A stretch of 64,000 nucleotides of DNA. Source: Nemertoderma westbladi. Taxonomy: Eukaryota > Animalia > Xenacoelomorpha. Below the pieces are notes generated by a model, which was given only the letters and a program-made list of their open reading frames with translations, had not been told where the DNA came from and ran no database searches. Where the stretch lies: positions 81,059 to 145,058 of the forward strand of contig JAUCBJ010005712.1 in NCBI GenBank assembly GCA_032718475.1. Reading direction: 5' to 3'. Position numbers and translations under genes: made by a program. This document shows, in pieces, positions 18,001 through 36,000 of this stretch (positions within the stretch are counted from its first letter, which is position 1; each line of letters opens with the position of its first letter).

Positions 18001-21000
18001 AATAGAATACACAGATAGAATAGAATACACAGATAGAATAGAATACACATATAGAATATAATACACAGATAGAATAGAATACACAGATAGAATCGAATAC
18101 ACATATAGAATATAATACACAGATAGAATAGAATACACAGATAGAATAGAATACACAGATAGAATAGAATACACAGATAGAATAGAATACACAGATAGAA
18201 TAGAATACACATATAGAATATAATACACAGATAGAATAGAATACACAGATAGAATAGAATACACAGATAGAATAGAATACACAGATAGAATAGAATACAC
18301 ATATAGAATAGAATACACAGATAGAATAGAATACACAGATAGAATAGAATACACAGATAGAATAGAATACACAGATAGAATAGAATACACAGATAGAATA
18401 GAATACACAGATAGAATAGAATTCACAGATAGAATAGAATACACAGATAGAATAGAATACACAGATAGAATAGAATAGAATACACAGATATAATAGAATA
18501 CACAGATAGAATAGAATACACAGATAGAATAGAATACACATATAGAATAGAATACACATATAGAATAGAATACACAGATATAATAGAATACACAGATAGA
18601 ATAGAATACACATATAGAATAGAATACACAGATAGAATAGAATACACAGATAGAATAGAATACACAGATAGAATAGAATACACAGATAGAATAGAATTCA
18701 CAGATAGAATAGAATACACAGATAGAATAGAATACACAGATAGAATAGAATAGAATACACAGATATAATAGAATACACAGATAGAATAGAATAGAATACA
18801 CAGATAGAATAGAATACACAGATAGAATAGAATACACAGATAGAATAGAATACACAGATAGAATAGAATACACATATAGAATAGAATACACAGATAGAAT
18901 AGAATACACAGATAGAATAGAATACACAGATAGAATAGAATACACAGATAGAATAGAATTCACAGATAGAATAGAATACACAGATAGAATAGAATACACA
19001 GATAGAATAGAATAGAATACACAGATATAATAGAATACACAGATAGAATAGAATACACAGATAGAATAGAATACACAGATAGAATAGAATACACAGATAG
19101 AATAGAATACACAGATAGAATAGAATACACAGATAGAATAGAATACACAGATAGAATAGAATACACAGATAGAATAGAATTCACAGATAGAATAGAATAC
19201 ACAGATAGAATAGAATACACAGATAGAATAGAATAGAATACACAGATATAATAGAATACACAGATAGAATAGAATACACAGATAGAATAGAATACACATA
19301 TAGAATAGAATACACATATAGAATAGAATACACAGATATAATAGAATACACAGATAGAATAGAATACACATATAGAATAGAATACACAGATAGAATAGAA
19401 TACACAGATAGAATAGAATACACAGATAGAATAGAATACACAGATAGAATAGAATTCACAGATAGAATAGAATACACAGATAGAATAGAATACACAGATA
19501 GAATAGAATAGAATACACAGATATAATAGAATACACAGATAGAATAGAATACACAATAGAATACACAGATAGAATAGAATACACAGATAGAATAGAATAC
19601 ACAGATAGAATAGAATACACATATAGAATAGAATACACAGATAGAATAGAATACACAGATAGAATAGAATACACAGATAGAATAGAATACACAGATAGAA
19701 TAGAATTCACAGATAGAATAGAATACACAGATAGAATAGAATACACAGATAGAATAGAATAGAATACACAGATATAATAGAATACACAGATAGAATAGAA
19801 TACACAGATAGAATAGAATACACAGATAGAATAGAATACACAGATAGAATAGAATACACAGATAGAATAGAATTCACAGATAGAATAGAATACACAGATA
19901 GAATAGAATAGAATACACAGATATAATAGAATACACAGATATAATAGAATACACAGATAGAATAGAATACACAGATAGAATAGAATACACAGATAGAATA
20001 GAATACACAAATAGAATAGAATACACAGATAGAATAGAATACACAGATAGAATAGAATACAAAGATAGAATAGAATACACAGATAAAATAGAATACACAG
20101 ATAGAATAGAATACACAGATACAATAGAATACACATATAGAATAGAATACACAGATAGAATAGAATACAAAGATGGAATATAATACAAAGATGGAATAGA
20201 ATACACAGATAGAATAGAATACACAGATAGAATAGAATACACAGATACAATAGAATACACATATAGAATAGAATACACATATAGAATAGAATACACAGAT
20301 AGAATAGAATACAAAGATGGAATAGAATACACAGATAGAATAGAATACACAGATAGAATAGAATACACAGATAGAATAGAATACACAGATAGAATAGAAT
20401 ACACAGATAGAATAGAATACACAGATAGAATAGAATTCACAGATAGAATAGAATACACAGATAGAATAGAATACAAAGATGGAATAGAATACACAGATAG
20501 AATAGAATACACAGATAGAATAGAATACACAGATAGAATAGAATACAGAGATAGAATATAATACACAGATAGAATAGAATACACAGATAGAATAGAATAC
20601 ACAGATAGAATAGAATACACAGATAGAATAGAATACACAGATAGAATAGAATACACAGACAGAATAGAATACACAGATAGAATAGAATAGAATACACAGA
20701 TAGAATAGAATACACAGATATAATAGAATACACAGATAGAATAGAATACACAGATAGAATATAATACACAGATGGAATAGAGTACACAGATAGAATAGAA
20801 TACACAGATAGAATAGAATACACAGATAGAATAGAATACACAGATATAATAGAATACACAGATAGAATAGAATACACAGACAGAATAGAATACACAGATA
20901 GAATAGAATAGAATACACAGATAGAATAGAATACACAGATAGAATAGAATACACAGATAGAATAGAATAGAATACACAGATAGAATAGAATACACAGATA

Positions 21001-24000
21001 TAATAGAATACACAGATAGAATAGAATACACAGATAGAATAGAATACACAGATAGAATAGAATAGAATACACAGATAGAATAGAATACACAGATATAATA
21101 GAATACACAGATAGAATAGAATACACAGATATAATAGAATACACAGATAGAATAGAATACACAGACAGAATAGAATACACAGATAGAATAGAATAGAATA
21201 CACAGACAGAATAGAATACACAGATAGAATAGAATAGAATACACAGATAGAATAGAATATAATACACAGATAGAATAGAATAGAATAGAATACACAGATA
21301 GAATAGAATACACAGATATAATAGAATACACAGATAGAATAGAATACACAGATATAATAGAATACACAGATAGAATAGAATACACAGACAGAATAGAATA
21401 CACAGATAGAATATAATAGAATACACAGATAGAATAGAATACACATATAGAATAGAATACACAGATAGAATAGAATACACAGATAGAATAGAATACACAG
21501 ATAGAATAGAATACACAGATAGAATAGAATTCACAGATAGAATAGAATACACAGATAGAATAGAATACACAGATAGAATAGAATAGAATACACAGATATA
21601 ATAGAATACACAGATAGAATAGAATAGAATACACAGATAGAATAGAATACACAGATAGAATAGAATACACAGATAGAATAGAATACACAGATAGAATAGA
21701 ATACACATATAGAATAGAATACACAGATAGAATAGAATACACAGATAGAATAGAATACACAGATAGAATAGAATACACAGATAGAATAGAATTCACAGAT
21801 AGAATAGAATACACAGATAGAATAGAATACACAGATAGAATAGAATAGAATACACAGATATAATAGAATACACAGATAGAATAGAATACACAGATAGAAT
21901 AGAATACACAGATAGAATAGAATACACAGATAGAATAGAATACACAGATAGAATAGAATACACAGATAGAATAGAATACACAGATAGAATAGAATACACA
22001 GATAGAATAGAATTCACAGATAGAATAGAATACACAGATAGAATAGAATACACAGATAGAATAGAATAGAATACACAGATATAATAGAATACACAGATAG
22101 AATAGAATACACAGATAGAATAGAATACACATATAGAATAGAATACACATATAGAATAGAATACACAGATATAATAGAATACACAGATAGAATAGAATAC
22201 ACATATAGAATAGAATACACAGATAGAATAGAATACACAGATAGAATAGAATACACAGATAGAATAGAATACACAGATAGAATAGAATTCACAGATAGAA
22301 TAGAATACACAGATAGAATAGAATACACAGATAGAATAGAATAGAATACACAGATATAATAGAATACACAGATAGAATAGAATACACAATAGAATACACA
22401 GATAGAATAGAATACACAGATAGAATAGAATACACAGATAGAATAGAATACACATATAGAATAGAATACACAGATAGAATAGAATACACAGATAGAATAG
22501 AATACACAGATAGAATAGAATACACAGATAGAATAGAATTCACAGATAGAATAGAATACACAGATAGAATAGAATACACAGATAGAATAGAATAGAATAC
22601 ACAGATATAATAGAATACACAGATAGAATAGAATACACAGATAGAATAGAATACACAGATAGAATAGAATACACAGATAGAATAGAATACACAGATAGAA
22701 TAGAATTCACAGATAGAATAGAATACACAGATAGAATAGAATAGAATACACAGATATAATAGAATACACAGATATAATAGAATACACAGATAGAATAGAA
22801 TACACAGATAGAATAGAATACACAGATAGAATAGAATACACAAATAGAATAGAATACACAGATAGAATAGAATACACAGATAGAATAGAATACAAAGATA
22901 GAATAGAATACACAGATAAAATAGAATACACAGATAGAATAGAATACACAGATACAATAGAATACACATATAGAATAGAATACACAGATAGAATAGAATA
23001 CAAAGATGGAATATAATACAAAGATGGAATAGAATACACAGATAGAATAGAATACACAGATAGAATAGAATACACAGATACAATAGAATACACATATAGA
23101 ATAGAATACACATATAGAATAGAATACACAGATAGAATAGAATACAAAGATGGAATAGAATACACAGATAGAATAGAATACACAGATAGAATAGAATACA
23201 CAGATAGAATAGAATACACAGATAGAATAGAATACACAGATAGAATAGAATACACAGATAGAATAGAATTCACAGATAGAATAGAATACACAGATAGAAT
23301 AGAATACAAAGATGGAATAGAATACACAGATAGAATAGAATACACAGATAGAATAGAATACACAGATAGAATAGAATACAGAGATAGAATATAATACACA
23401 GATAGAATAGAATACACAGATAGAATAGAATACACAGATAGAATAGAATACACAGATAGAATAGAATACACAGATAGAATAGAATACACAGACAGAATAG
23501 AATACACAGATAGAATAGAATAGAATACACAGATAGAATAGAATACACAGATATAATAGAATACACAGATAGAATAGAATACACAGATAGAATATAATAC
23601 ACAGATGGAATAGAGTACACAGATAGAATAGAATACACAGATAGAATAGAATACACAGATAGAATAGAATACACAGATATAATAGAATACACAGATAGAA
23701 TAGAATACACAGACAGAATAGAATACACAGATAGAATAGAATAGAATACACAGATAGAATAGAATACACAGATAGAATAGAATACACAGATAGAATAGAA
23801 TAGAATACACAGATAGAATAGAATACACAGATATAATAGAATACACAGATAGAATAGAATACACAGATAGAATAGAATACACAGATAGAATAGAATAGAA
23901 TACACAGATAGAATAGAATACACAGATATAATAGAATACACAGATAGAATAGAATACACAGATATAATAGAATACACAGATAGAATAGAATACACAGACA

Positions 24001-27000
24001 GAATAGAATACACAGATAGAATAGAATAGAATACACAGACAGAATAGAATACACAGATAGAATAGAATAGAATACACAGATAGAATAGAATATAATACAC
24101 AGATAGAATAGAATAGAATAGAATACACAGATAGAATAGAATACACAGATATAATAGAATACACAGATAGAATAGAATACACAGATATAATAGAATACAC
24201 AGATAGAATAGAATACACAGACAGAATAGAATACACAGATAGAATAGAATAGAATACACAGATAGAATAGAATACACAGATAGAATAGAATACACAGATA
24301 GAATAGAATACACAGATAGAATAGAATACACAGATAGAATAGAATACACAGATAGAATAGAATACACAGATAGAATAGAATACACAGATAGAATAGAATA
24401 CACAGATAGAATAGAATACACAGATAGAATAGAATACACAGATAGAATAGAATACACAGATAGAATAGAATACACAGATAGAATAGAATACACAGATAGA
24501 ATAGAATACACAGATATAATAGAATACAGAGATAGAATATAATACACAGATAGAATAGAATACACAGATAGAATAGAATACACAGATAGAATAGAATACA
24601 CAGATAGAATAGAATACACAGATAGAATAGAATACACAGATAGAATAGAATACACAGATAGAATAGAATACACAGATAGAATAGAATACACAGATAGAAT
24701 AGAATACACAGATAGAATAGAATACACAGATAGAATAGAATACAGAGATAGAATATAATACACAGATAGAATAGAATACAGAGATAGAATAGAATACACA
24801 GATAGAATAGAATACAGAGATAGAATAGAATACACAGATAGAATAGAATACAGAGATAGAATATAATACACAGATAGAATAGAATACAGAGATAGAATAG
24901 AATACACAGATAGAATAGAATACACAGATAGAATAGAATACACAGATAGAATAGAATACACAGATAGAATAGAATACACAGATAGAATAGAATACAGAGA
25001 TAGAATATAATACACAGATAGAATAGAATACACAGATAGCATAGAATACACAGATAGAATAGAATACACAGATAGAATAGAATACAGAGATAGAATATAA
25101 TACACAGATAGAATAGAATACACAGATAGAATAGAATACACAGATAGAATAGAATACACAGATAGAATAGAATACACAGATAGAATAGAATACAGAGATA
25201 GAATATAATACACAGATAGAATAGAATACACAGATAGAATAGAATACACAGATAGAATAGAATACACAGATAGAATAGAATACACAGATAGAATAGAATA
25301 CACAGATAGAATAGAATACACAGATAGAATAGAATACACAGATAGAATAGAATACACAGATAGAATAGAATACAGAGATAGAATATAATACACAGATAGA
25401 ATAGAATACACAGATAGAATAGAATACACAGATAGAATAGAATACACAGATAGATTAGAATACACAGATAGAATAGAATACAGAGATAGAATATAATACA
25501 CAGATAGAATAGAATACACAGATAGAATAGAATACACAGATAGAATAGAATACACAGATAGAATAGAATACACAGATAGAATAGAATACACAGATAGAAT
25601 AGAATACACAGATAGAATAGATTACAGAGATAGAATAGATTACAGAGATAGAATATAATACACAGATAGAATAGAATACACAGATAGAATAGAATACACA
25701 GATAGAATAGAATACACAGATAGAATAGAATACACAGATAGAATAGAATACACAGATAGAATAGAATACACAGATAGAATAGAATACACATATAGAATAG
25801 AATACACAGATAGAATAGAATACACAGATAGAATAGAATACACAGATAGAATAGAATACACAGATAGAATAGAATACACAGATAGAATAGAATACACAGA
25901 TAGAATAGAATACACAGATAGAATAGAATACACAGATAGAATAGAATACACAGATAGAATAGAATACACAGATAGAATAGAATACACAGATAGAATAGAA
26001 TACACAGATAGAATAGAATACACAGATAGAATAGAATACACAGATAGAATAGAATACACAGATAGAATAGAATACACAGATAGAATAGAATACACAGACA
26101 GAATAGAATAGAATACACAGATAGAATAGAATACACAGATAGAATAGAATACACAGATAGAATAGAATACACAGATAGAATAGAATACACAGATAGAATA
26201 GAATACACAGATAGAATAGAATACACAGATAGAATAGAATACACAGATAGAATAGAATACACAGATAGAATAGAATACACAGATAGAATAGAATACACAG
26301 ATAGAATAGAATACACAGATAGAATAGAATACACAGATAGAATAGAATACACAGATAGAATAGAATACACAGATAGAATAGAATACACAGATAGAATAGA
26401 ATACACAGATAGAATAGAATACACAGATAGAATAGAATACACAGATAGAATAGAATACACAGATAGAATAGAATACACAGATAGAATAGAATACACAGAT
26501 AGAATAGAATACACAGATAGAATAGAATACACAGATAGAATAGAATACACAGATAGAATAGAATACACAGATAGAATAGAATACACAGATAGAATAGAAT
26601 ACACAGATAGAATAGAATACACAGATAGAATAGAATACACAGATAGAATAGAATACACAGATAGAATAGAATACACAGATAGAATAGAATACACAGATAG
26701 AATAGAATACAGAGATAGAATATAATACACAGATAGAATAGAATACACAGATAGAATAGAATACACAGATAGAATAGAATACACAGATAGAATAGAATAC
26801 ACAGATAGAATAGAATACAGAGATAGAATAGAATACACAGATAGAATAGAATACACAGATAGAATAGAATACACAGATAGAATAGAATACACAGATAGAA
26901 TAGAATACAGAGATAGAATAGAATACAGAGATAGAATAGAATACACAGATAGAATAGAATACACAGATAGAATAGAATACACAGATAGAATAGAATACAC

Positions 27001-30000
27001 AGATAGAATAGAATACACAGATAGAATAGAATACACAGATAGAATAGAATACAGAGATAGAATAGAATACACAGATAGAATAGAATACACAGATAGAATA
27101 GAATACACAGATAGAATAGAATACACGGATAGAATAGAATACACAGATATAATAGAATACACAGATAGAATAGAATACACAGATAGAATAGAATACACAG
27201 ATAGAATAGAATACACATATAGAATAGAATACACAGATAGAATAGAATACACAGATAGAATAGAATACACAGATAGAATAGAATACACAGATAGAATAGA
27301 ATACACAGACAGAATAGAATAGAATACACATATAGAATAGAATACACAGATAGAATAGAATACACAGATAGAATAGAATAGAATACACAGATAGAATAGA
27401 ATAGAATACACAGATAGAATAGAATAGAATACACAGATAGAATAGAATACACATATAGAATAGAATACACAGATAGAATAGAATACACAGATAGAATAGA
27501 ATACACAGATAGAATAGAATACACAGATAGAATAGAATACACAGATAGAATAGAATACACATATAGAATAGAATACACAGATAGAATAGAATACACAGAT
27601 AGAATAGAATATACAGATAGAATAGAATGCACAGATAGAATAGAATACACAGATAGAATAGACTACACAGATAGAATAGAATACACAGATGGAATAGAAT
27701 ACACAGATAGAATAGAATACACAGATAGAATAGAATAGAATACACAGATAGAATAGAATACACAGATAGAATAGAATAGAATACACAGATATAATAGAAT
27801 ACACAGATAGAATAGAATTCACAGATAGAATAGAATAGAATACACAGATATAATAGAATACACAGATAGAATAGAATACACAGATAGAATAGAATACACA
27901 TATAGAATAGAATACACAGATAGAATAGAATACACAGATAGAATAGAATACACAGATAGAATAGAATACACAGATAGAATAGAATACACAGATAGAATAG
28001 AATAGAATACACAGATAGAATAGAATACACAGATAGAATAGAATACACAGATAGAATAGAATACACAGATAGAATAGAATACACAGATAGAATAGAATAC
28101 ACAGATAGAATAGAATACACAGATAGAATAGAATACACAGATAGAATAGAATACACAGATAGAATAGAATTCACAGATAGAATAGAATTCACAGATAGAA
28201 TAGAATACACAGATAGAATAGAATACACAGATAGAATAGAATAGAATACACAGATATAATAGAATACACAGATAGAATAGAATTCACAGATAGAATAGAA
28301 TTCACAGATAGAATAGAATACACAGATAGAATAGAATACACAGATAGAATAGAATAGAATACACAGATATAATAGAATACACAGATAGAATAGAATTCAC
28401 AGATAGAATAGAATTCACAGATAGAATAGAATACACAGATAGAATAGAATACACAGATAGAATAGAATAGAATACACAGATATAATAGAATACACAGATA
28501 GAATAGAATTCACAGATAGAATAGAATACACAGATAGAATAGAATACACAGATAGAATAGAATAGAATACACAGATATAATAGAATACACAGATAGAATA
28601 GAATTCACAGATAGAATAGAATAGAATACACAGATATAATAGAATACACAGATAGAATAGAATACACAGATAGAATAGAATACACATATAGAATAGAATA
28701 CACAGATAGAATAGAATACACAGATAGAATAGAATACACAGATAGAATAGAATACACAGATAGAATAGAATTCACAGATAGAATAGAATTCACAGATAGA
28801 ATAGAATACACAGATAGAATAGAATTCACAGATAGAATAGAATAGAATACACAGATATAATAGAATACACAGATAGAATAGAATACACAGATAGAATAGA
28901 ATACACATATAGAATAGAATACACAGATAGAATAGAATACACAGATAGAATAGAATACACAGATAGAATAGAATACACAGATAGAATAGAATTCACAGAT
29001 AGAATAGAATACACAGATAGAATAGAATACACAGATAGAATAGAATAGAATACACAGATATAATAGAATACACAGATAGAATAGAATACACAGATAGAAT
29101 AGAATACACATATAGAATAGAATACAGAGATAGAATATAATACACAGATAGAATAGAATACACATATAGAATAGAATACACAGATAGAATAGAATACACA
29201 GATAGAATAGAATACACAGATAGAATAGAATACACATATAGAATATAATACACAGATAGAATAGAATACACAGATAGAATCGAATACACATATAGAATAT
29301 AATACACAGATAGAATAGAATACACAGATAGAATAGAATACACAGATAGAATAGAATACACAGATAGAATAGAATACACAGATAGAATAGAATACACATA
29401 TAGAATATAATACACAGATAGAATAGAATACACAGATAGAATAGAATACACAGATAGAATAGAATACACAGATAGAATAGAATACACATATAGAATAGAA
29501 TACACAGATAGAATAGAATACACAGATAGAATAGAATACACAGATAGAATAGAATACACAGATAGAATAGAATACACAGATAGAATAGAATACACAGATA
29601 GAATAGAATTCACAGATAGAATAGAATACACAGATAGAATAGAATACACAGATAGAATAGAATAGAATACACAGATATAATAGAATACACAGATAGAATA
29701 GAATACACAGATAGAATAGAATACACATATAGAATAGAATACACATATAGAATAGAATACACAGATATAATAGAATACACAGATAGAATAGAATACACAT
29801 ATAGAATAGAATACACAGATAGAATAGAATACACAGATAGAATAGAATACACAGATAGAATAGAATACACAGATAGAATAGAATTCACAGATAGAATAGA
29901 ATACACAGATAGAATAGAATACACAGATAGAATAGAATAGAATACACAGATATAATAGAATACACAGATAGAATAGAATACACAGATAGAATAGAATACA

Positions 30001-33000
30001 CAGATAGAATAGAATACACAGATAGAATAGAATACACAGATAGAATAGAATACACATATAGAATAGAATACACAGATAGAATAGAATACACAGATAGAAT
30101 AGAATACACAGATAGAATAGAATACACAGATAGAATAGAATTCACAGATAGAATAGAATACACAGATAGAATAGAATACACAGATAGAATAGAATAGAAT
30201 ACACAGATATAATAGAATACACAGATAGAATAGAATACACAGATAGAATAGAATACACAGATAGAATAGAATACACAGATAGAATAGAATACACAGATAG
30301 AATAGAATACACAGATAGAATAGAATACACAGATAGAATAGAATACACAGATAGAATAGAATTCACAGATAGAATAGAATACACAGATAGAATAGAATAC
30401 ACAGATAGAATAGAATAGAATACACAGATATAATAGAATACACAGATAGAATAGAATACACAGATAGAATAGAATACACATATAGAATAGAATACACATA
30501 TAGAATAGAATACACAGATATAATAGAATACACAGATAGAATAGAATACACATATAGAATAGAATACACAGATAGAATAGAATACACAGATAGAATAGAA
30601 TACACAGATAGAATAGAATACACAGATAGAATAGAATTCACAGATAGAATAGAATACACAGATAGAATAGAATACACAGATAGAATAGAATAGAATACAC
30701 AGATATAATAGAATACACAGATAGAATAGAATACACAATAGAATACACAGATAGAATAGAATACACAGATAGAATAGAATACACAGATAGAATAGAATAC
30801 ACATATAGAATAGAATACACAGATAGAATAGAATACACAGATAGAATAGAATACACAGATAGAATAGAATACACAGATAGAATAGAATTCACAGATAGAA
30901 TAGAATACACAGATAGAATAGAATACACAGATAGAATAGAATAGAATACACAGATATAATAGAATACACAGATAGAATAGAATACACAGATAGAATAGAA
31001 TACACAGATAGAATAGAATACACAGATAGAATAGAATACACAGATAGAATAGAATTCACAGATAGAATAGAATACACAGATAGAATAGAATAGAATACAC
31101 AGATATAATAGAATACACAGATATAATAGAATACACAGATAGAATAGAATACACAGATAGAATAGAATACACAGATAGAATAGAATACACAAATAGAATA
31201 GAATACACAGATAGAATAGAATACACAGATAGAATAGAATACAAAGATAGAATAGAATACACAGATAAAATAGAATACACAGATAGAATAGAATACACAG
31301 ATACAATAGAATACACATATAGAATAGAATACACAGATAGAATAGAATACAAAGATGGAATATAATACAAAGATGGAATAGAATACACAGATAGAATAGA
31401 ATACACAGATAGAATAGAATACACAGATACAATAGAATACACATATAGAATAGAATACACATATAGAATAGAATACACAGATAGAATAGAATACAAAGAT
31501 GGAATAGAATACACAGATAGAATAGAATACACAGATAGAATAGAATACACAGATAGAATAGAATACACAGATAGAATAGAATACACAGATAGAATAGAAT
31601 ACACAGATAGAATAGAATTCACAGATAGAATAGAATACACAGATAGAATAGAATACAAAGATGGAATAGAATACACAGATAGAATAGAATACACAGATAG
31701 AATAGAATACACAGATAGAATAGAATACAGAGATAGAATATAATACACAGATAGAATAGAATACACAGATAGAATAGAATACACAGATAGAATAGAATAC
31801 ACAGATAGAATAGAATACACAGATAGAATAGAATACACAGACAGAATAGAATACACAGATAGAATAGAATAGAATACACAGATAGAATAGAATACACAGA
31901 TATAATAGAATACACAGATAGAATAGAATACACAGATAGAATATAATACACAGATGGAATAGAGTACACAGATAGAATAGAATACACAGATAGAATAGAA
32001 TACACAGATAGAATAGAATACACAGATATAATAGAATACACAGATAGAATAGAATACACAGACAGAATAGAATACACAGATAGAATAGAATAGAATACAC
32101 AGATAGAATAGAATACACAGATAGAATAGAATACACAGATAGAATAGAATAGAATACACAGATAGAATAGAATACACAGATATAATAGAATACACAGATA
32201 GAATAGAATACACAGATATAATAGAATACACAGATAGAATAGAATACACAGACAGAATAGAATACACAGATAGAATAGAATAGAATACACAGACAGAATA
32301 GAATACACAGATAGAATAGAATAGAATACACAGATAGAATAGAATATAATACACAGATAGAATAGAATAGAATAGAATACACAGATAGAATAGAATACAC
32401 AGATATAATAGAATACACAGATAGAATAGAATACACAGATATAATAGAATACACAGATAGAATAGAATACACAGACAGAATAGAATACACAGATAGAATA
32501 GAATAGAATACACAGATAGAATAGAATACACAGATAGAATAGAATACACAGATAGAATAGAATACACAGATAGAATAGAATACACAGATAGAATAGAATA
32601 CACAGATAGAATAGAATACACAGATAGAATAGAATACACAGATAGAATAGAATACACAGATAGAATAGAATACACAGATAGAATAGAATACACAGATAGA
32701 ATAGAATACACAGATAGAATAGAATACACAGATAGAATAGAATACACAGATAGAATAGAATACACAGATATAATAGAATACAGAGATAGAATATAATACA
32801 CAGATAGAATAGAATACACAGATAGAATAGAATACACAGATAGAATAAAATACACAGATAGAATAGAATACACAGATAGAATAGAATACACAGATAGAAT
32901 AGAATACACAGATAGAATAGAATACACAGATAGAATAGAATACACATATAGAATAGAATACACAGATAGAATAGAATACACAGATAGAATAGAATACAGA

Positions 33001-36000
33001 GATAGAATATAATACACAGATAGAATAGAATACAGAGATAGAATAGAATACACAGATAGAATAGAATACAGAGATAGAATAGAATACACAGATAGAATAG
33101 AATACAGAGATAGAATATAATACACAGATAGAATAGAATACAGAGATAGAATAGAATACACAGATAGAATAGAATACACAGATAGAATAGAATACACAGA
33201 TAGAATAGAATACACAGATAGAATAGAATACACAGATAGAATAGAATACAGAGATAGAATATAATACACAGATAGAATAGAATACACAGATAGCATAGAA
33301 TACACAGATAGAATAGAATACACAGATAGAATAGAATACAGAGATAGAATATAATACACAGATAGAATAGAATACACAGATAGAATAGAATACACAGATA
33401 GAATAGAATACACAGATAGAATAGAATACACAGATAGAATAGAATACAGAGATAGAATATAATACACAGATAGAATAGAATACACAGATAGAATAGAATA
33501 CACAGATAGAATAGAATACACAGATAGAATAGAATACACAGATAGAATAGAATACACAGATAGAATAGAATACACAGATAGAATAGAATACACAGATAGA
33601 ATAGAATACACAGATAGAATAGAATACAGAGATAGAATATAATACACAGATAGAATAGAATACACAGATAGAATAGAATACACAGATAGAATAGAATACA
33701 CAGATAGATTAGAATACACAGATAGAATAGAATACAGAGATAGAATATAATACACAGATAGAATAGAATACACAGATAGAATAGAATACACAGATAGAAT
33801 AGAATACACAGATAGAATAGAATACACAGATAGAATAGAATACACAGATAGAATAGAATACACAGATAGAATAGATTACAGAGATAGAATAGATTACAGA
33901 GATAGAATATAATACACAGATAGAATATAATACACAGATAGAATAGAATACACAGATAGAATAGAATACACAGATAGAATAGAATACACAGATAGAATAG
34001 AATACACAGATATAATAGAATACACAGATAGAATAGAATACACAGATAGAATAGAATACACAGATAGAATAGAATACACAGATAGAATAGAATACACATA
34101 TAGAATAGAATACACATATAGAATAGAATACACATATAGAATAGAATACACATATAGAATAGAATACACATATAGAATAGAATACACAGATAGAATAGAA
34201 CACACATATAGAATAAAATACACATATAGAATAGAATACACAGATAGAATAGAATACACAGATAGAATAGAATACACAGATAGAATAGAATACACAGATA
34301 GAATAGAAAACACAGATAGAATAGAATACACATATAGAATAGAATACACAGATAGAATAGAATACACAGATAGAATAGAATACACAGATAGAATAGAATA
34401 CACAGATAGAATAGAATACACAGACAGAATAGAATAGAATACACAGATAGAATAGAATACACAGATAGAATAGAATACACAGATAGAATAGAATACACAG
34501 ATAGAATAGAATACACAGATAGAATAGAATACACAGATAGAATAGAATACACATATAGAATAGAATACACAGATAGAATAGAATACACAGATAGAATAGA
34601 ATACACAGATAGAATAGAATACACAGATAGAATAGAATACACAGATAGAATAGAATACACAGATAGAATAGAATACACAGATAGAATAGAATACACAGAT
34701 AGAATAGAATACACAGATAGAATAGAATACACAGATAGAATAGAATACACAGATAGAATAGAATACACAGATAGAATAGAATACACAGATAGAATAGAAT
34801 ACACAGATAGAATAGAATACACAGATAGAATAGAATACACAGATAGAATAGAATACACAGATAGAATAGAATACACAGATAGAATAGAATACACAGATAG
34901 AATAGAATACACAGATAGAATAGAATACACAGATAGAATAGAATACACAGATAGAATAGAATACACAGATAGAATAGAATACACAGATAGAATAGAATAC
35001 ACAGATAGAATAGAATACAGAGATAGAATATAATACACAGATAGAATATAATACACAGATAGAATAGAATACACAGATAGAATAGAATACACAGATAGAA
35101 TAGAATACAGAGATAGAATAGAATACAGAGATAGAATATAATACACAGATAGAATAGAATACACAGATAGAATAGAATACACAGATAGAATAGAATACAC
35201 AGATAGAATAGAATACAGAGATAGAATAGAATACAGAGATAGAATAGAATACACAGATAGAATAGAATACACAGATAGAATAGAATACACAGATAGAATA
35301 GAATACACAGATAGAATAGAATACACAGATAGAATAGAATACACAGATAGAATAGAAAACAGAGATAGAATATAATACACAGATAGAATAGAATACACAG
35401 ATAGAATAGAATACACAGATAGAATAGAATACACGGATAGAATAGAATACACAGATATAATAGAATACACAGATAGAATAGAATACACAGATAGAATAGA
35501 ATACACAGATAGAATAGAATACACATATAGAATAGAATACACAGATAGAATAGAATACACAGATAGAATAGAATACACAGATAGAATAGAATACACAGAT
35601 AGAATAGAATACACAGACAGAATAGAATAGAATACACATATAGAATAGAATACACAGATAGAATAGAATACACAGATAGAATAGAATAGAATACACAGAT
35701 AGAATAGAATAGAATACACAGATAGAATAGAATAGAATACACAGATAGAATAGAATACACATATAGAATAGAATACACAGATAGAATAGAATACACAGAT
35801 AGAATAGAATACACAGATAGAATAGAATACACAGATAGAATAGAATTCACAGATAGAATAGAATTCACAGATAGAATAGAATACACAGATAGAATAGAAT
35901 ACACAGATAGAATAGAATACACAGATAGAATAGAATACACAGATAGAATAGAATACACAGATAGAATAGAATTCACAGATAGAATAGAATAGAATACACA